Below, one piece after another: positions 8,498 to 17,472 of a stretch of 40,467 nt of DNA. The stretch's first letter is position 1, and each line of letters opens with the position of its first letter. The notes under the pieces were generated by a model. The model had not been told where the DNA came from and did no database searches. It saw only the letters and a program-made list of their open reading frames with translations. The stretch comes from Lacibacter sp. (lineage in GTDB: Bacteria > Bacteroidota > Bacteroidia > Chitinophagales > Chitinophagaceae): the NCBI GenBank assembly GCA_036675885.1, contig JAKFDY010000539.1, positions 1-40,467 on the forward strand, in the 5' to 3' direction. The translations under genes and the position numbers were made by a program.

Positions 8498-9046
8498 TTA
8501 ATTACTATATCGTCTGGTAGGTAATATTCCACCAAAGTCATTATAGCTTCGAGTGATTTTTGCTTTATGAATGCTGTCCAGCGGCATTCTAATCTGGTAA
8601 TAACAACTAAAATTCCATAGACTTTGTACCTTATCCCGACTCACTATATGCTGTCATTCCTCTCATCATTGCTGCTATATATAATATCAATGTAAGAGTA
8701 ATTCTCTTTATGATTCATCATTTTCATTACCCTCTTTGCTGCTGTGGTCGCATTCGTTATTACTATGCTCGTATCCCATGTGCAAACGCCTGCCCCCGGA
8801 ACGATAATTAAAAGAAACTGTGTACACACCATTTTTCGATTGATGCTTAATCGCCTTTTTTTCGTGCCAGATCGTAGCAGAAGACCGATTCATATATTTC
8901 TTTTCTGACTCATTACGGTAAGCGGATTTACCGCTGTTACATCCAAAAGAAATAATAATGACTATTAGAAAAAACTGCACTTGCAAATAGAGAAGATTTC
9001 TAAAATCTCGTTGTAAAGTATTCAAAGTTTTATAAGTAACAGACAT
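8498..9046 (-). pseudogene. Probable lipoprotein gene broken by two frameshifts
   Basis: Lipobox-like FLIVIIISFGC. The reading switches frame at a G5 run (about 8794-8798) into AGVCTWDTSIVITNATTAAKRVMKMMNHKENYSYIDIIY. It switches back at ATATA (8645-8649) into IVSRDKVQSLWNFSCYYQIRMPLDSIHKAKITRSYNDFGGILPTRRYSN, stopping at 8498. Confidence 0.45.
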
Positions 9047-9240
9047 TGGGATAGCTTAGGTCAACTAAAAATAATATTCTAAATATACTTATAGTTATTG
9101 CCCTATAGGTCTAACAACAATTTAACTTACGCAATGAGCATCTCGCTTGTGCAGAGTTCACAGCTAGCTACAACATCCTGTTCTGAAAATATCATATGAA
9201 TGTTCTGCAAATTATTGATACTATTTCATCAGACGGGAAC

Positions 9241-9268
9241 TTCTTACCTCCTACTTCTTACGTCCTAC
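9241..9268. repeat. Heptamer tandem repeat
   Basis: TTCTTAC CTCCTAC TTCTTAC GTCCTAC. Confidence 0.75.
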
Positions 9269-9276
9269 ATCATAAC

Positions 9277-9309
9277 AAAAAAAAAGCCATCCTTAAGAAT
9301 AAGGACGGC
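9277..9309 (-). terminator. Rho-independent terminator of 9350..9730
   Basis: Minus strand GCCGTCCTTA-TTCT-TAAGGATGGC followed by T9. Confidence 0.8.
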
Positions 9310-9349
9310 GTATTTACCTATAAGAGAACCAACAGTTCGTTGAATATGT

Positions 9350-9730
9350 TTAGAATGATTGCTCGCTTACAATTCTGTAAGTGCCATCATTGTTCATTTG
9401 TTTTATGCGGTAGAATGTTTTTGCAGTGGTTGCTTTTTTTGCTTTGTATTTGTACGTGTAGTGTTGATCGTTAGCGAAACCACCTAATACAATAGCAGAG
9501 GTTTTAAATTCCTTACCATCAGCACTGGTTTCGATCTCGTAATAAATGTCTTTGGATTCGTTATCTGCTTTCCATTGAAGAACTACAGAAGAACCTTGCT
9601 GTTCAAACTGAACATCATAAACTTTCGGCCAAACTTGTTTGGAAAAAACAGTTCCGGAGGTGCCTGTGTTTACACACAACAGGATCATGAAGGCAGCAAT
9701 TACAGGTACAAATTTCGTTTTCATATACAA
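9350..9730 (-). CDS. Secreted hypothetical protein with a single Ig/Fn3-like domain
   Basis: Signal peptide, then VVLQWKADNE..YYEIETSADGKEF..YTYK..FYRIKQMNNDG. The start may be 9724. Confidence 0.75.
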   Translation of the reverse strand: MYMKTKFVPVIAAFMILLCVNTGTSGTVFSKQVWPKVYDVQFEQQGSSVVLQWKADNESKDIYYEIETSADGKEFKTSAIVLGGFANDQHYTYKYKAKKATTAKTFYRIKQMNNDGTYRIVSEQSF

Positions 9731-9986
9731 ATTGATTAATAGACAACCTTGGGTATAGGATTGGAATCAATTTGGTTAATAGAGGAATTTTGGAAGGGGC
9801 TTCCGGATATGAGATATTAAATGGGGAATTAAATCGGTGGAGAAAATTTGTTAGGGCCGGATTCAATTCTGACCGTAAAATTACTGCCTTCTTTTACATA
9901 TGCAAGTTTTTTGCAAAATATTTTCAGCTTTTTTTCTCTGATGCATGGGTTATTCTTCTGAAAGCCAATACAGGCAAGGCTTTCCC

Positions 9987-10409
9987 TTATTTATAATTAA
10001 ACTTCATCCCCACACAAACAAAGAAGTAATTAGGGATATAGTTTGCTGAATAGTAAAAATTTCCTTTCTTAAACCGCTTTGTATTGTATTCAATACCCCC
10101 GATCCAGGAATTTGTATTAAGGGCTTTGAGGCTGTTCGATACCTGTTTGCGTACATAACCGCCATACATACGCACCGACTTTGATAATTTATAACCCACC
10201 TGAACATTCATTAATAAGGGCTGTGCATTATCGATCAATGCAAAATAACCAATTCCGATAGTTGTTTTTTTCTTTAATGAATAACCTACCTGAAGATCGG
10301 CACCGGCATTACCGTTTGTTGTAACACCTCCCCCGGCTTGTAAATAAACCTGCGAACGGACTACAGTAAAACTTAGCATAAACAGACAAAGACCTAAAAC
10401 CTTTTTCAT
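9987..10409 (-). CDS. Small outer-membrane beta-barrel-like hypothetical protein
   Basis: Signal peptide, alternating aromatic/Gly strands (LQVGYSL, NVQVGYKL, GGIEYN), C-terminal VGMKFNYK. Confidence 0.7.
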   Translation of the reverse strand: MKKVLGLCLFMLSFTVVRSQVYLQAGGGVTTNGNAGADLQVGYSLKKKTTIGIGYFALIDNAQPLLMNVQVGYKLSKSVRMYGGYVRKQVSNSLKALNTNSWIGGIEYNTKRFKKGNFYYSANYIPNYFFVCVGMKFNYK

Positions 10410-10661
10410 TCATTTTTTCTTTTATATAAGCAATTGGGATTACGGCCTTTCAAAGGTTTGCTTATGGATCTTCAGGAGAATTGGATACACGTGTAATGAA
10501 TCATTACAACTAAATGAAAAGGTTGTTGGGTGAAAAACCGGGTAGCGGAAGTTTGTCGGAGGAAATTGGTACGGGGAGCTTTTAGAGGTCAGCCAGCAAT
10601 CGTCGTTCAGGTATAAATATATAAGTAATTTGAGAAACTATTTGTAGAATTTTTCTGGCAT

Positions 10662-10689
10662 AAAAAAATCCCGTCGTTCAACGGGATTT
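10662..10689 (-). terminator. Terminator downstream of tRNA-Arg
   Basis: Minus strand AAATCCCGT-TGAACG-ACGGGATTT running into a T tract. Confidence 0.75.
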
Positions 10690-10700
10690 GATGTTTTTTG

Positions 10701-10774
<74 letters not shown>

Positions 10775-10805
10775 AGCTGATTAATTAATACGTAGTAGCG
10801 TCTTA

Positions 10806-10867
10806 GAACCTTTGACCCTCCCGATTTAGAAATCGGGATGCTCTCTATCCAGCTGAGCTACAGAACC
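10806..10867 (-). pseudogene. Degenerate tandem copy of tRNA-Arg with a replaced anticodon stem and lost 3' end
   Basis: Minus strand GGTTCTGTAGCTCAGCTGGATAGAGAGCA TCCCGAT TTCTAA ATCGGGA GGGTCAAAGGTTC aligns with the 5' three-quarters of the neighbouring tRNA. Confidence 0.85.
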
Positions 10868-10887
10868 AGCTTTTGATTAAGAGGCAG

Positions 10888-10895
10888 CAAAGGTA
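10888..10895 (-). promoter_or_regulatory. -7 promoter element for the pseudo-tRNA/tRNA transcript
   Basis: TACCTTTG on the minus strand, 20 nt upstream of the pseudo-copy's 5' end. Confidence 0.65.
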
Positions 10896-10929
10896 ATTTT
10901 TTGTACCATTGCATCCAAACGTATTGTGC

Positions 10930-11607
10930 ATGGATGTTCAGATAGAAGATAGTTGGAAACAGGAGTTGAAACAGGAATTTAGTAAAGCTTATTTTCAGCA
11001 GATCGTAGCCTTTCTTAAAACCGAAAAGATACAAGGCAAAACTATTTACCCGCCCGGCTCCCTCATATTTAATGCTTTTACACAAACACCCTTCAACAAT
11101 GTAAAGGTGGTTATCATTGGTCAAGATCCTTATCATGGGCCCGGTCAGGCACACGGACTTTGCTTTTCGGTGCAGGATGGTATTCAGCCGCCGCCTTCGC
11201 TTATTAATATATACAAGGAAATAGAAAAAGACATGGGTGTGGGTATGTCGGCCAAGCATGGCAATCTCACTAAATGGGCACAACAGGGCGTGTTATTGCT
11301 TAACGCATTTCTAACAGTAAGAGCAAATGAACCTGCCAGTCATTCGAAGATTGGTTGGGATAATTTCACGAATGCTGTTATCAAAACAATTTCAGATCAT
11401 AAGAAAGGTGTTGTGTTTTTACTCTGGGGAAAATTTGCACAGGAAAAACAAAGCCTGATCGATGAAACCAAACATCATGTATTGAAAGCAGCACACCCCT
11501 CACCTTTCAGTGCCGATAAAGGTTTCTTCGGCTGCAAACATTTTTCTAAAACCAATGAGTTGTTATTACAGGAAGGACTTGAACCAATTGACTGGAAACT
11601 GCCATGA
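10930..11607 (+). CDS. ung: Uracil-DNA glycosylase family 1
   Basis: VKVVIIGQDPYHG, GLCFSV, PPSLINI, WAQQGVLLLN, HPSPFS. Start set at MDVQIEDSW. Confidence 0.97.
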   Translation: MDVQIEDSWKQELKQEFSKAYFQQIVAFLKTEKIQGKTIYPPGSLIFNAFTQTPFNNVKVVIIGQDPYHGPGQAHGLCFSVQDGIQPPPSLINIYKEIEKDMGVGMSAKHGNLTKWAQQGVLLLNAFLTVRANEPASHSKIGWDNFTNAVIKTISDHKKGVVFLLWGKFAQEKQSLIDETKHHVLKAAHPSPFSADKGFFGCKHFSKTNELLLQEGLEPIDWKLP

Positions 11608-12362
11608 ACGTTTTAAAAAACATACTCGGACGAATATTCGCTTTGTGGGCAATGGTTACGTTTATTGCCACCATGCTCATTTTCTTATTACCAACATGGG
11701 CAATGGGGCTTTTCCCTGAACCAAAACGCACTCGCTGGTTTATTGCAATGTCAAGAATATGGATGGGGGTATGGCTACCACTTGCTGGTATTCGATTAGT
11801 AATAAAAGGAAAAGAGAAATTTAAAAAGGGCGAAAACTATGTTGTGGTGTGCAATCACAATTCGTTTATGGATGTACCTGTTACATCGCCCGGCATACCC
11901 GGTGCCAATAAAACGATTGCGAAAATTGAAATGGCGAAGATTCCGTTGTTTGGGATTATTTATCGCAGAGGAAGTGTATTGGTTGACCGGAAGAGTGAAG
12001 AAAGCCGGTTGAAGAGTTATGCATATATGAGACGTGTGCTTGATATGGGTTTGCATATGTGCATTTATCCTGAAGGCACACGAAACAAAACCAATCAGCC
12101 GTTGAAAGAATTTAAAGATGGTGCTTTCCGCTTAGCCATTGAAACAAAAAAAGCAATCGTTCCTGCTGTGCTGTTCAACACAAAAAAAGTATTACCTCAA
12201 AACAAAGGCTTCTACTTCTGGCCATCAAAAATTGAAATGCATTTTCTTGATCCTATCCCAACAAGCGGGCTTGGAAGAGAAGATGTAAAAAAACTCCGTG
12301 AACATGTGTATGGGTTGATGTGGAATTATATTGAGGCTGAAGGTAAAAGGCACAGGGTATAA
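11604..12362 (+). CDS. plsC: 1-acyl-sn-glycerol-3-phosphate (lysophospholipid) acyltransferase
   Basis: NHNSFMD (HX4D), VDRK, IYPEGTRN. ATGA overlap with ung. Confidence 0.88.
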   Translation: MNVLKNILGRIFALWAMVTFIATMLIFLLPTWAMGLFPEPKRTRWFIAMSRIWMGVWLPLAGIRLVIKGKEKFKKGENYVVVCNHNSFMDVPVTSPGIPGANKTIAKIEMAKIPLFGIIYRRGSVLVDRKSEESRLKSYAYMRRVLDMGLHMCIYPEGTRNKTNQPLKEFKDGAFRLAIETKKAIVPAVLFNTKKVLPQNKGFYFWPSKIEMHFLDPIPTSGLGREDVKKLREHVYGLMWNYIEAEGKRHRV

Positions 12363-12410
12363 GGTTCAGGCACTTCTTCTCCCCTTAAACCCTCAACCTT
12401 ATACCCTTTA
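12338..12410. repeat. Two inverted heptamer arrays between convergent plsC and lptD
   Basis: TGAAGGT AAAAGGC ACAGGGT ATAAGGT TCAGGCA ... CCTTAAA CCCTCAA CCTTATA CCCTTTA. Confidence 0.75.
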
Positions 12411-12419
12411 CCAGAGTTG

Positions 12420-15215
12420 TTACTGCGGTATATTATAAAAGAACTTTGAGCGGTTGATACGCAGATCACGCAACAATCCTGATTTTGGATTAATGCTGAT
12501 ACTAAACGAACGATAAATACCAATGGGTGTAATATTAATGGCCAGTTGCCAGCAATGCAGATCCCTGGAAATAGAAGTAGTTAAATACTGTAATGTTTTT
12601 GTTTGTATATCAAACGTACCATTTGCCTGCACTTTCCACTTCTCTGTTAAATTAAAATCGCCGTTGAAGTTCACTGATTGTGTGATCAATGTTTCAAACC
12701 CGGAGTAATCAAGTTTTAATTGACGGTTAAGATTCAATGAATAACTAAGGTTTAAACTCCAGGGAATATTAAAATCAGCAAACTCACCGGGGTTACGTTG
12801 TATTGCATTCAACTCCCGGCTTTGTTCATCGTAATCACCATTATTCCTCCTGTTGCGTTCCGTTTCCTGCTTTTCCTTTTCTTTCTTCTCGTCTTTCGGT
12901 TTGCTTTTGAATTGGGTACTTACAGATACAAAACCGCTGGTAAAACGACCCAATGAAAATTTATCGGCCTGCCATGCATATTCCCGTTTACGGAAACCTG
13001 TTCTTTGATCGACCTGGTAAGGTGATACGTTTGCGCCTGCAGTTAAACTGATCTTTTCAAACAAATTACTACGCAGGTAAAAATTAAAATCACTCAACGC
13101 AAATGAATCGGCAAGCATATTATAACTGGTGCTCACACCAAAACCATCGATCAAACGTATCTTTTTATCTGCTGCTTCTGAAGTATCTTTTTTATCACGC
13201 ACTTTCATCTCCAGGTTATTATCAATCGACAAATTGATTGAACCCGAACGGCCATCAGGAATATTCGCTGCCTGCGAGCCATTAAATTTATCGAACCACA
13301 TTTCTCTTCCTGTTGAATCAACCTGTGCACGATACCATTTGCTCCTGTTCATATCAGGTCTGTATCCAAAACCAAATGTTGGACGAACCACATGACGCAA
13401 TGCTTTTACATTTCCTTTCTTGAAATCAAGCTTACCAAACAAAGCGGTACTGAAGTTTAAACCAAAACTCATTTGCCGTTCCTGGTAAAAACCTTTTTCA
13501 CCTACCGTTTCAACTGATTTGGTTGCAGGATTCCAACGGCGTACAAAAGTGCGTGAGTGCCATGTTTCATCGTAACTGATGGAAGGTCCAACCTGCAATG
13601 GGCCCAAGGCAGGTAATGAAAGCTGAATAGGAATACTGTGCCTTGCACTCCACGTTGCCGTATCGAGTAAATGTTTGAGTGTAAAAGTTGTATCAGTAAA
13701 CGAAAACTGGTTGCGGAACGTACCGTTATACGACACACCTAATTTTTCGTACCACTTAGGTGAACCAACAAATTCTTTTTTCTGGAACGGGTAAAGTGTG
13801 TTCACCGTAAAGCCAACATCGGGCAAGCTGATATTGTATTGCTTCTGGTTAGTGTTTTGATTATGATTTGCAGTTACCGATAAATTAAAAGGCTTCCCTG
13901 CCCATGTGCGTTGGTAAGCAATGGAAGATTGTAATGTGTTATTAAAGTTCTGCGACGCATTATTGGGGAAATAACGGTTAAACAAACTCGTTGCAACGTT
14001 TACACTTGCACTGAATGATTGGCCCGGTCTTGCCTTGCCATCTAAACTATGATTCCACTGAACAGAAAAGTTACGGTTAGGCGGAACATAATCAGGATCA
14101 CCTTTGAAACCGATTTTTGTATTGAGGTAACTGATGTTGAACCCGCCACTATAGCGATAACGCTTACGATATGTTGGCGAAAGAAATAAACTATACGAGC
14201 CGTATGAATAAATATTGGCCCTGATGGTAGCATCCCAATATTCACCAACTGTTTTATAATAACCCAGTCCTTCCAAACCAAAACCCAGCTGATCATTCGC
14301 TACAGGTTGCGGTGGCAACAACCCTGTTCTCCGGCCCTGCTTCATCGGAAATAAACCAAACGGCAAACCAAGAGGGATTGGCACATTTTCAAATTCAGGT
14401 CGAACTAAACCTGTAACAGCCACTTTATTGCTGATGAATTTTACTTTACGTGCTTTAAACGCAAAGTGAGGTGTATCATAATTACAGGAAGTGAATCTTG
14501 CTTTCTCTGCGAAGAAAACAGTTGGGCTGATGCGTTTTACTTTCTCACCATAAATAAACATCTCCCCTTCCTGTGTATAAGTGCCGATGGTTAAACCACG
14601 TTGCGTTTTAAAATTATAGCGGATGGTATCAGATGTAAATGCACTTTCGCCCTGTTTAAAGGCAGGTACACCAATTGGTTTTCCCGTACTGTCTTTGGTA
14701 GAAAAAGCAGTGAGTATCTGCGTTGGCTGATCGAGCCGTATAACAGCTGCATCGAGTGCTACATCTTTAAACTTTACGGATGCTTTATTATAAAGAAAGA
14801 TCTGTTTGCCGGGTATATCAATCACCATTGAATCTTCTGCTTCAAAATCAACAGGCGCATCAATAGAATCTTTTGATAGTTTAAAATCAAACGTATCAAT
14901 CTTTTGTACCAGCGAATCTTTCCGTTGTAAAGAATCGACAAGATTGATTGAATCTTTTTTTACAGGCACGGTATCAATTAACATTCTGTTTTGCTGCGCT
15001 GCCGAGCCCTCCCTCGTCTGTAATGCAGGTTTAGTGATCGGCTGTTTTGCTGGTTTAACGGGCGTTGTATCAGCAACAGAAAATGTTAAAGCTTGCAGAA
15101 AATGAGATGATGAATGAAATGCAGAACGGCCACTTACCGTTAGGCCATAGAGCAGCAATGCTGCAACAGCGGTGATGAAAACAGATTTATGATTAACTTT
15201 ACAGCGTTGGAACAT
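12420..15215 (-). CDS. lptD: LPS assembly protein LptD (Bacteroidota type)
   Basis: About 930 aa. DTIRYNFKTQRG, FTSCNYDTPHF, IPLGLPFGLFP, YRKRYRYSG, C-terminal ISRDLHCW..LRDL. Divergent from the amidase. The start (MFQRCK) is uncertain. Confidence 0.85.
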   Translation of the reverse strand: MFQRCKVNHKSVFITAVAALLLYGLTVSGRSAFHSSSHFLQALTFSVADTTPVKPAKQPITKPALQTREGSAAQQNRMLIDTVPVKKDSINLVDSLQRKDSLVQKIDTFDFKLSKDSIDAPVDFEAEDSMVIDIPGKQIFLYNKASVKFKDVALDAAVIRLDQPTQILTAFSTKDSTGKPIGVPAFKQGESAFTSDTIRYNFKTQRGLTIGTYTQEGEMFIYGEKVKRISPTVFFAEKARFTSCNYDTPHFAFKARKVKFISNKVAVTGLVRPEFENVPIPLGLPFGLFPMKQGRRTGLLPPQPVANDQLGFGLEGLGYYKTVGEYWDATIRANIYSYGSYSLFLSPTYRKRYRYSGGFNISYLNTKIGFKGDPDYVPPNRNFSVQWNHSLDGKARPGQSFSASVNVATSLFNRYFPNNASQNFNNTLQSSIAYQRTWAGKPFNLSVTANHNQNTNQKQYNISLPDVGFTVNTLYPFQKKEFVGSPKWYEKLGVSYNGTFRNQFSFTDTTFTLKHLLDTATWSARHSIPIQLSLPALGPLQVGPSISYDETWHSRTFVRRWNPATKSVETVGEKGFYQERQMSFGLNFSTALFGKLDFKKGNVKALRHVVRPTFGFGYRPDMNRSKWYRAQVDSTGREMWFDKFNGSQAANIPDGRSGSINLSIDNNLEMKVRDKKDTSEAADKKIRLIDGFGVSTSYNMLADSFALSDFNFYLRSNLFEKISLTAGANVSPYQVDQRTGFRKREYAWQADKFSLGRFTSGFVSVSTQFKSKPKDEKKEKEKQETERNRRNNGDYDEQSRELNAIQRNPGEFADFNIPWSLNLSYSLNLNRQLKLDYSGFETLITQSVNFNGDFNLTEKWKVQANGTFDIQTKTLQYLTTSISRDLHCWQLAINITPIGIYRSFSISINPKSGLLRDLRINRSKFFYNIPQ

Positions 15216-15303
15216 ATACAGTGGCGACAAAAATAGCCACAAATGCATTAACGAACTGTGAATGTTGCTTTTGAATTACTAACGCAAAACGAAAATTCGA
15301 ACT

Positions 15304-16272
15304 ATGAACAAGAACTGGTTTCCCGGAATTGCCTGTTTGCTGATGTTGGGTGTGGTGGCTATCTCCTTCACCAGTAAGAAAAATAATGCTGCAGCTGCAG
15401 GAAAAATCAGAACAATAGTAGTAGATGCCGGTCATGGTTTTAAAGGAACTATTGGCGCACGCCATGGCTCATTTGGTACAGAAGTATCGGAAGATCAGAT
15501 TTCGTATGAAGTTGCCAAACGATTGGTGACTATCCTTCAGAAAGAAATGCCTGAGGTAAAAATTCTTGAATCAAGACCCAGTATTTATTTTGTAGAAAAC
15601 AAGGCACGTGCTGAATTTGCCAATAATAATAAAGGCGATTTGTTTGTATCCATCCACTGCAACTATGTACCTAAGTTGAGGGAAGTAGTGAGAGAAGGCT
15701 CCCGTAAGGAAACTTATTACGCTACAACCGGAAAAGGCAAAAATAAAAAGCGTGTAAAGAAAACAAGAACAGTTCCTGTATATAAGACCTACTACCACGC
15801 AAACCCTGCACATGGCACCGAAACTTATGTGTTTGCTGCTCACAAGCAGGACGATAAAGAAGATTTTATTCTCGAAAACGGTGATATTTTCAGCAATGAA
15901 GAAGATGATGGTACCATTAATGCCAACATTAACGACCCCATTGTTAAGCAACAGGTGGCTTTATGGACCAAACAGTTTTTTGGCAACAGCGTAAAACTGG
16001 CTTCTATTGTTGAGGAAGAATTTGTTGGCATTGGCCGTTTCAGCCGTGGTGTAAAACAACGCCAGAAAGGTATTTGGGTATTGCAGGCCACTGCTATGCC
16101 AAGTATTTTGATCGAGCTGGGCTTTTTATCGCACAGGCCCGAAGAGGAATACCTCATAAGCGAAGAAGGCCAACAGCAAATGGTTGAAAGCATTGCCCGT
16201 TCTATTAAGCGCTACAAAGACCTGGTGGAAAAACCAGCACTGCAAAATGCGGCTAATAATTCCCGTAAGTAA
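15304..16272 (+). CDS. N-acetylmuramoyl-L-alanine amidase (Amidase_3)
   Basis: IVVDAGHG, DLFVSIHCN, HGTETY, MPSILIELGFLS. Confidence 0.93.
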   Translation: MNKNWFPGIACLLMLGVVAISFTSKKNNAAAAGKIRTIVVDAGHGFKGTIGARHGSFGTEVSEDQISYEVAKRLVTILQKEMPEVKILESRPSIYFVENKARAEFANNNKGDLFVSIHCNYVPKLREVVREGSRKETYYATTGKGKNKKRVKKTRTVPVYKTYYHANPAHGTETYVFAAHKQDDKEDFILENGDIFSNEEDDGTINANINDPIVKQQVALWTKQFFGNSVKLASIVEEEFVGIGRFSRGVKQRQKGIWVLQATAMPSILIELGFLSHRPEEEYLISEEGQQQMVESIARSIKRYKDLVEKPALQNAANNSRK

Positions 16273-16390
16273 TTAGTTTACACTTTTTAACAGCTGTTTC
16301 TGCCCTTCTTCTTGGCAGCGGGTAAACATTTCTTATTTTTGGCCCAAGGGAGGCAATAAAATGCTTTTCTTTCACCAACTCATGAAATGA

Positions 16391-16444
16391 GTCATAAAAT
16401 TTTCAAGCTATTATCTATTTGACCAGCCACGAAAATTTTATGAC
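16391..16444. repeat. Perfect 14-bp inverted repeat with 26-nt spacer upstream of mlaD
   Basis: GTCATAAAATTTTC (16391-16404) / GAAAATTTTATGAC (16431-16444). Confidence 0.8.
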
Positions 16445-16479
16445 GAATAACATGTGGCTAAAAGCAATAAAATTAACAC

Positions 16480-17472
16480 ATGAATGTTTCAAACGAAACC
16501 AAAGTAGGCGCCTTAACCGTAATAGCTGTTACCCTTTTGATCCTCGGTTTTAATTTCCTGAAGGGCAAAACCATCCTCAAAAAATCAAATGTGCTGTATG
16601 CACGTTTCCCTGATGTAGGTGCACTGGAGCCTGCCAACCAGGTAAAAATAAAAGGTTACCGAATTGGCAATGTGTACAAGATCAACAAGCTCGATGATGA
16701 TGTAAGTGAAGTAATTGTTACAATAAACCTTCTGGATGAAGTTAATATTCCCAGCAATTCAGTTGCTATCATTAACAGCAGTCTTACAGGTAATCCTTCG
16801 ATCAGCATTCTACCCGGCAATTCAAAAACCTTTCTTGCGAAGGGCGATACATTGCAAAGCATCAGCAACCCTGATATCCTTTCAAAAATTACAACAAGCA
16901 TTGACCCTGTAATGGCCAATGTAAAGCAGGCAGTCGATTCGCTGAAACTTTTATTGAGCAATGTGAACAGTATGTTTGATGAAAAGACAAAAGCCAACCT
17001 GAGACATACCATTGCGAATTTAAAGAGCACATCCGACGAATTAAACGTTATGCTCAATAGCAAGAATGGTGCACTGGCAAAAACATTAACAAATGTTGAA
17101 ACCTTTACCACCAACCTCAATACGAACAACGAAAAACTGAATACCACGATTGAGAATTTTAAAACAACTTCACAAAAGTTATCAGAACTACAATTAAAGG
17201 AAACAGTTACCAATCTTAACAACAGCATCACACAATTACAGGGAATTTTGCAGAAAGCCAATGGCAAAGATGGTTCGCTTGGTTTGTTGATTCATGATCC
17301 GAAGCTTTATAACAACCTGCAGAACACAACCCGCAGCTTAAATATTCTGCTGGATGACTTCAAACTGCATCCTAAGCGTTATATAAATGTTTCTGTCTTT
17401 GGGGGCAAAAAAGATAAATCCGAACCATTGAAAGCACCATTGGCCGATAGCATCTATAACAATCAAAAATAA
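16480..17472 (+). CDS. MlaD/MCE family protein
   Basis: ETKVGAL plus a TM helix, VGALEPANQVKIKGYRIGNV, helical region, GSLGLLIHDPKLYNNL, DFKLHPKRY. Confidence 0.9.
   Translation: MNVSNETKVGALTVIAVTLLILGFNFLKGKTILKKSNVLYARFPDVGALEPANQVKIKGYRIGNVYKINKLDDDVSEVIVTINLLDEVNIPSNSVAIINSSLTGNPSISILPGNSKTFLAKGDTLQSISNPDILSKITTSIDPVMANVKQAVDSLKLLLSNVNSMFDEKTKANLRHTIANLKSTSDELNVMLNSKNGALAKTLTNVETFTTNLNTNNEKLNTTIENFKTTSQKLSELQLKETVTNLNNSITQLQGILQKANGKDGSLGLLIHDPKLYNNLQNTTRSLNILLDDFKLHPKRYINVSVFGGKKDKSEPLKAPLADSIYNNQK

Noticed and set aside
8408-10700. tRNA-anchored integrative island
   Set aside because: The content looks accessory, but there is no integrase and no convincing duplicate of the tRNA 3' end; GGATTGGAATC near 9758 is too short.
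10806-10867. Second functional tRNA or att site
   Set aside because: It has no 3' acceptor strand or intact T arm, and it duplicates the 5' part rather than the 3' part typical of att sites.
16656-17267. 203-aa antisense ORF in mlaD (and similar antisense ORFs in nhaD, hppA and the adhesin)
   Set aside because: Codon-bias shadows with no motifs.
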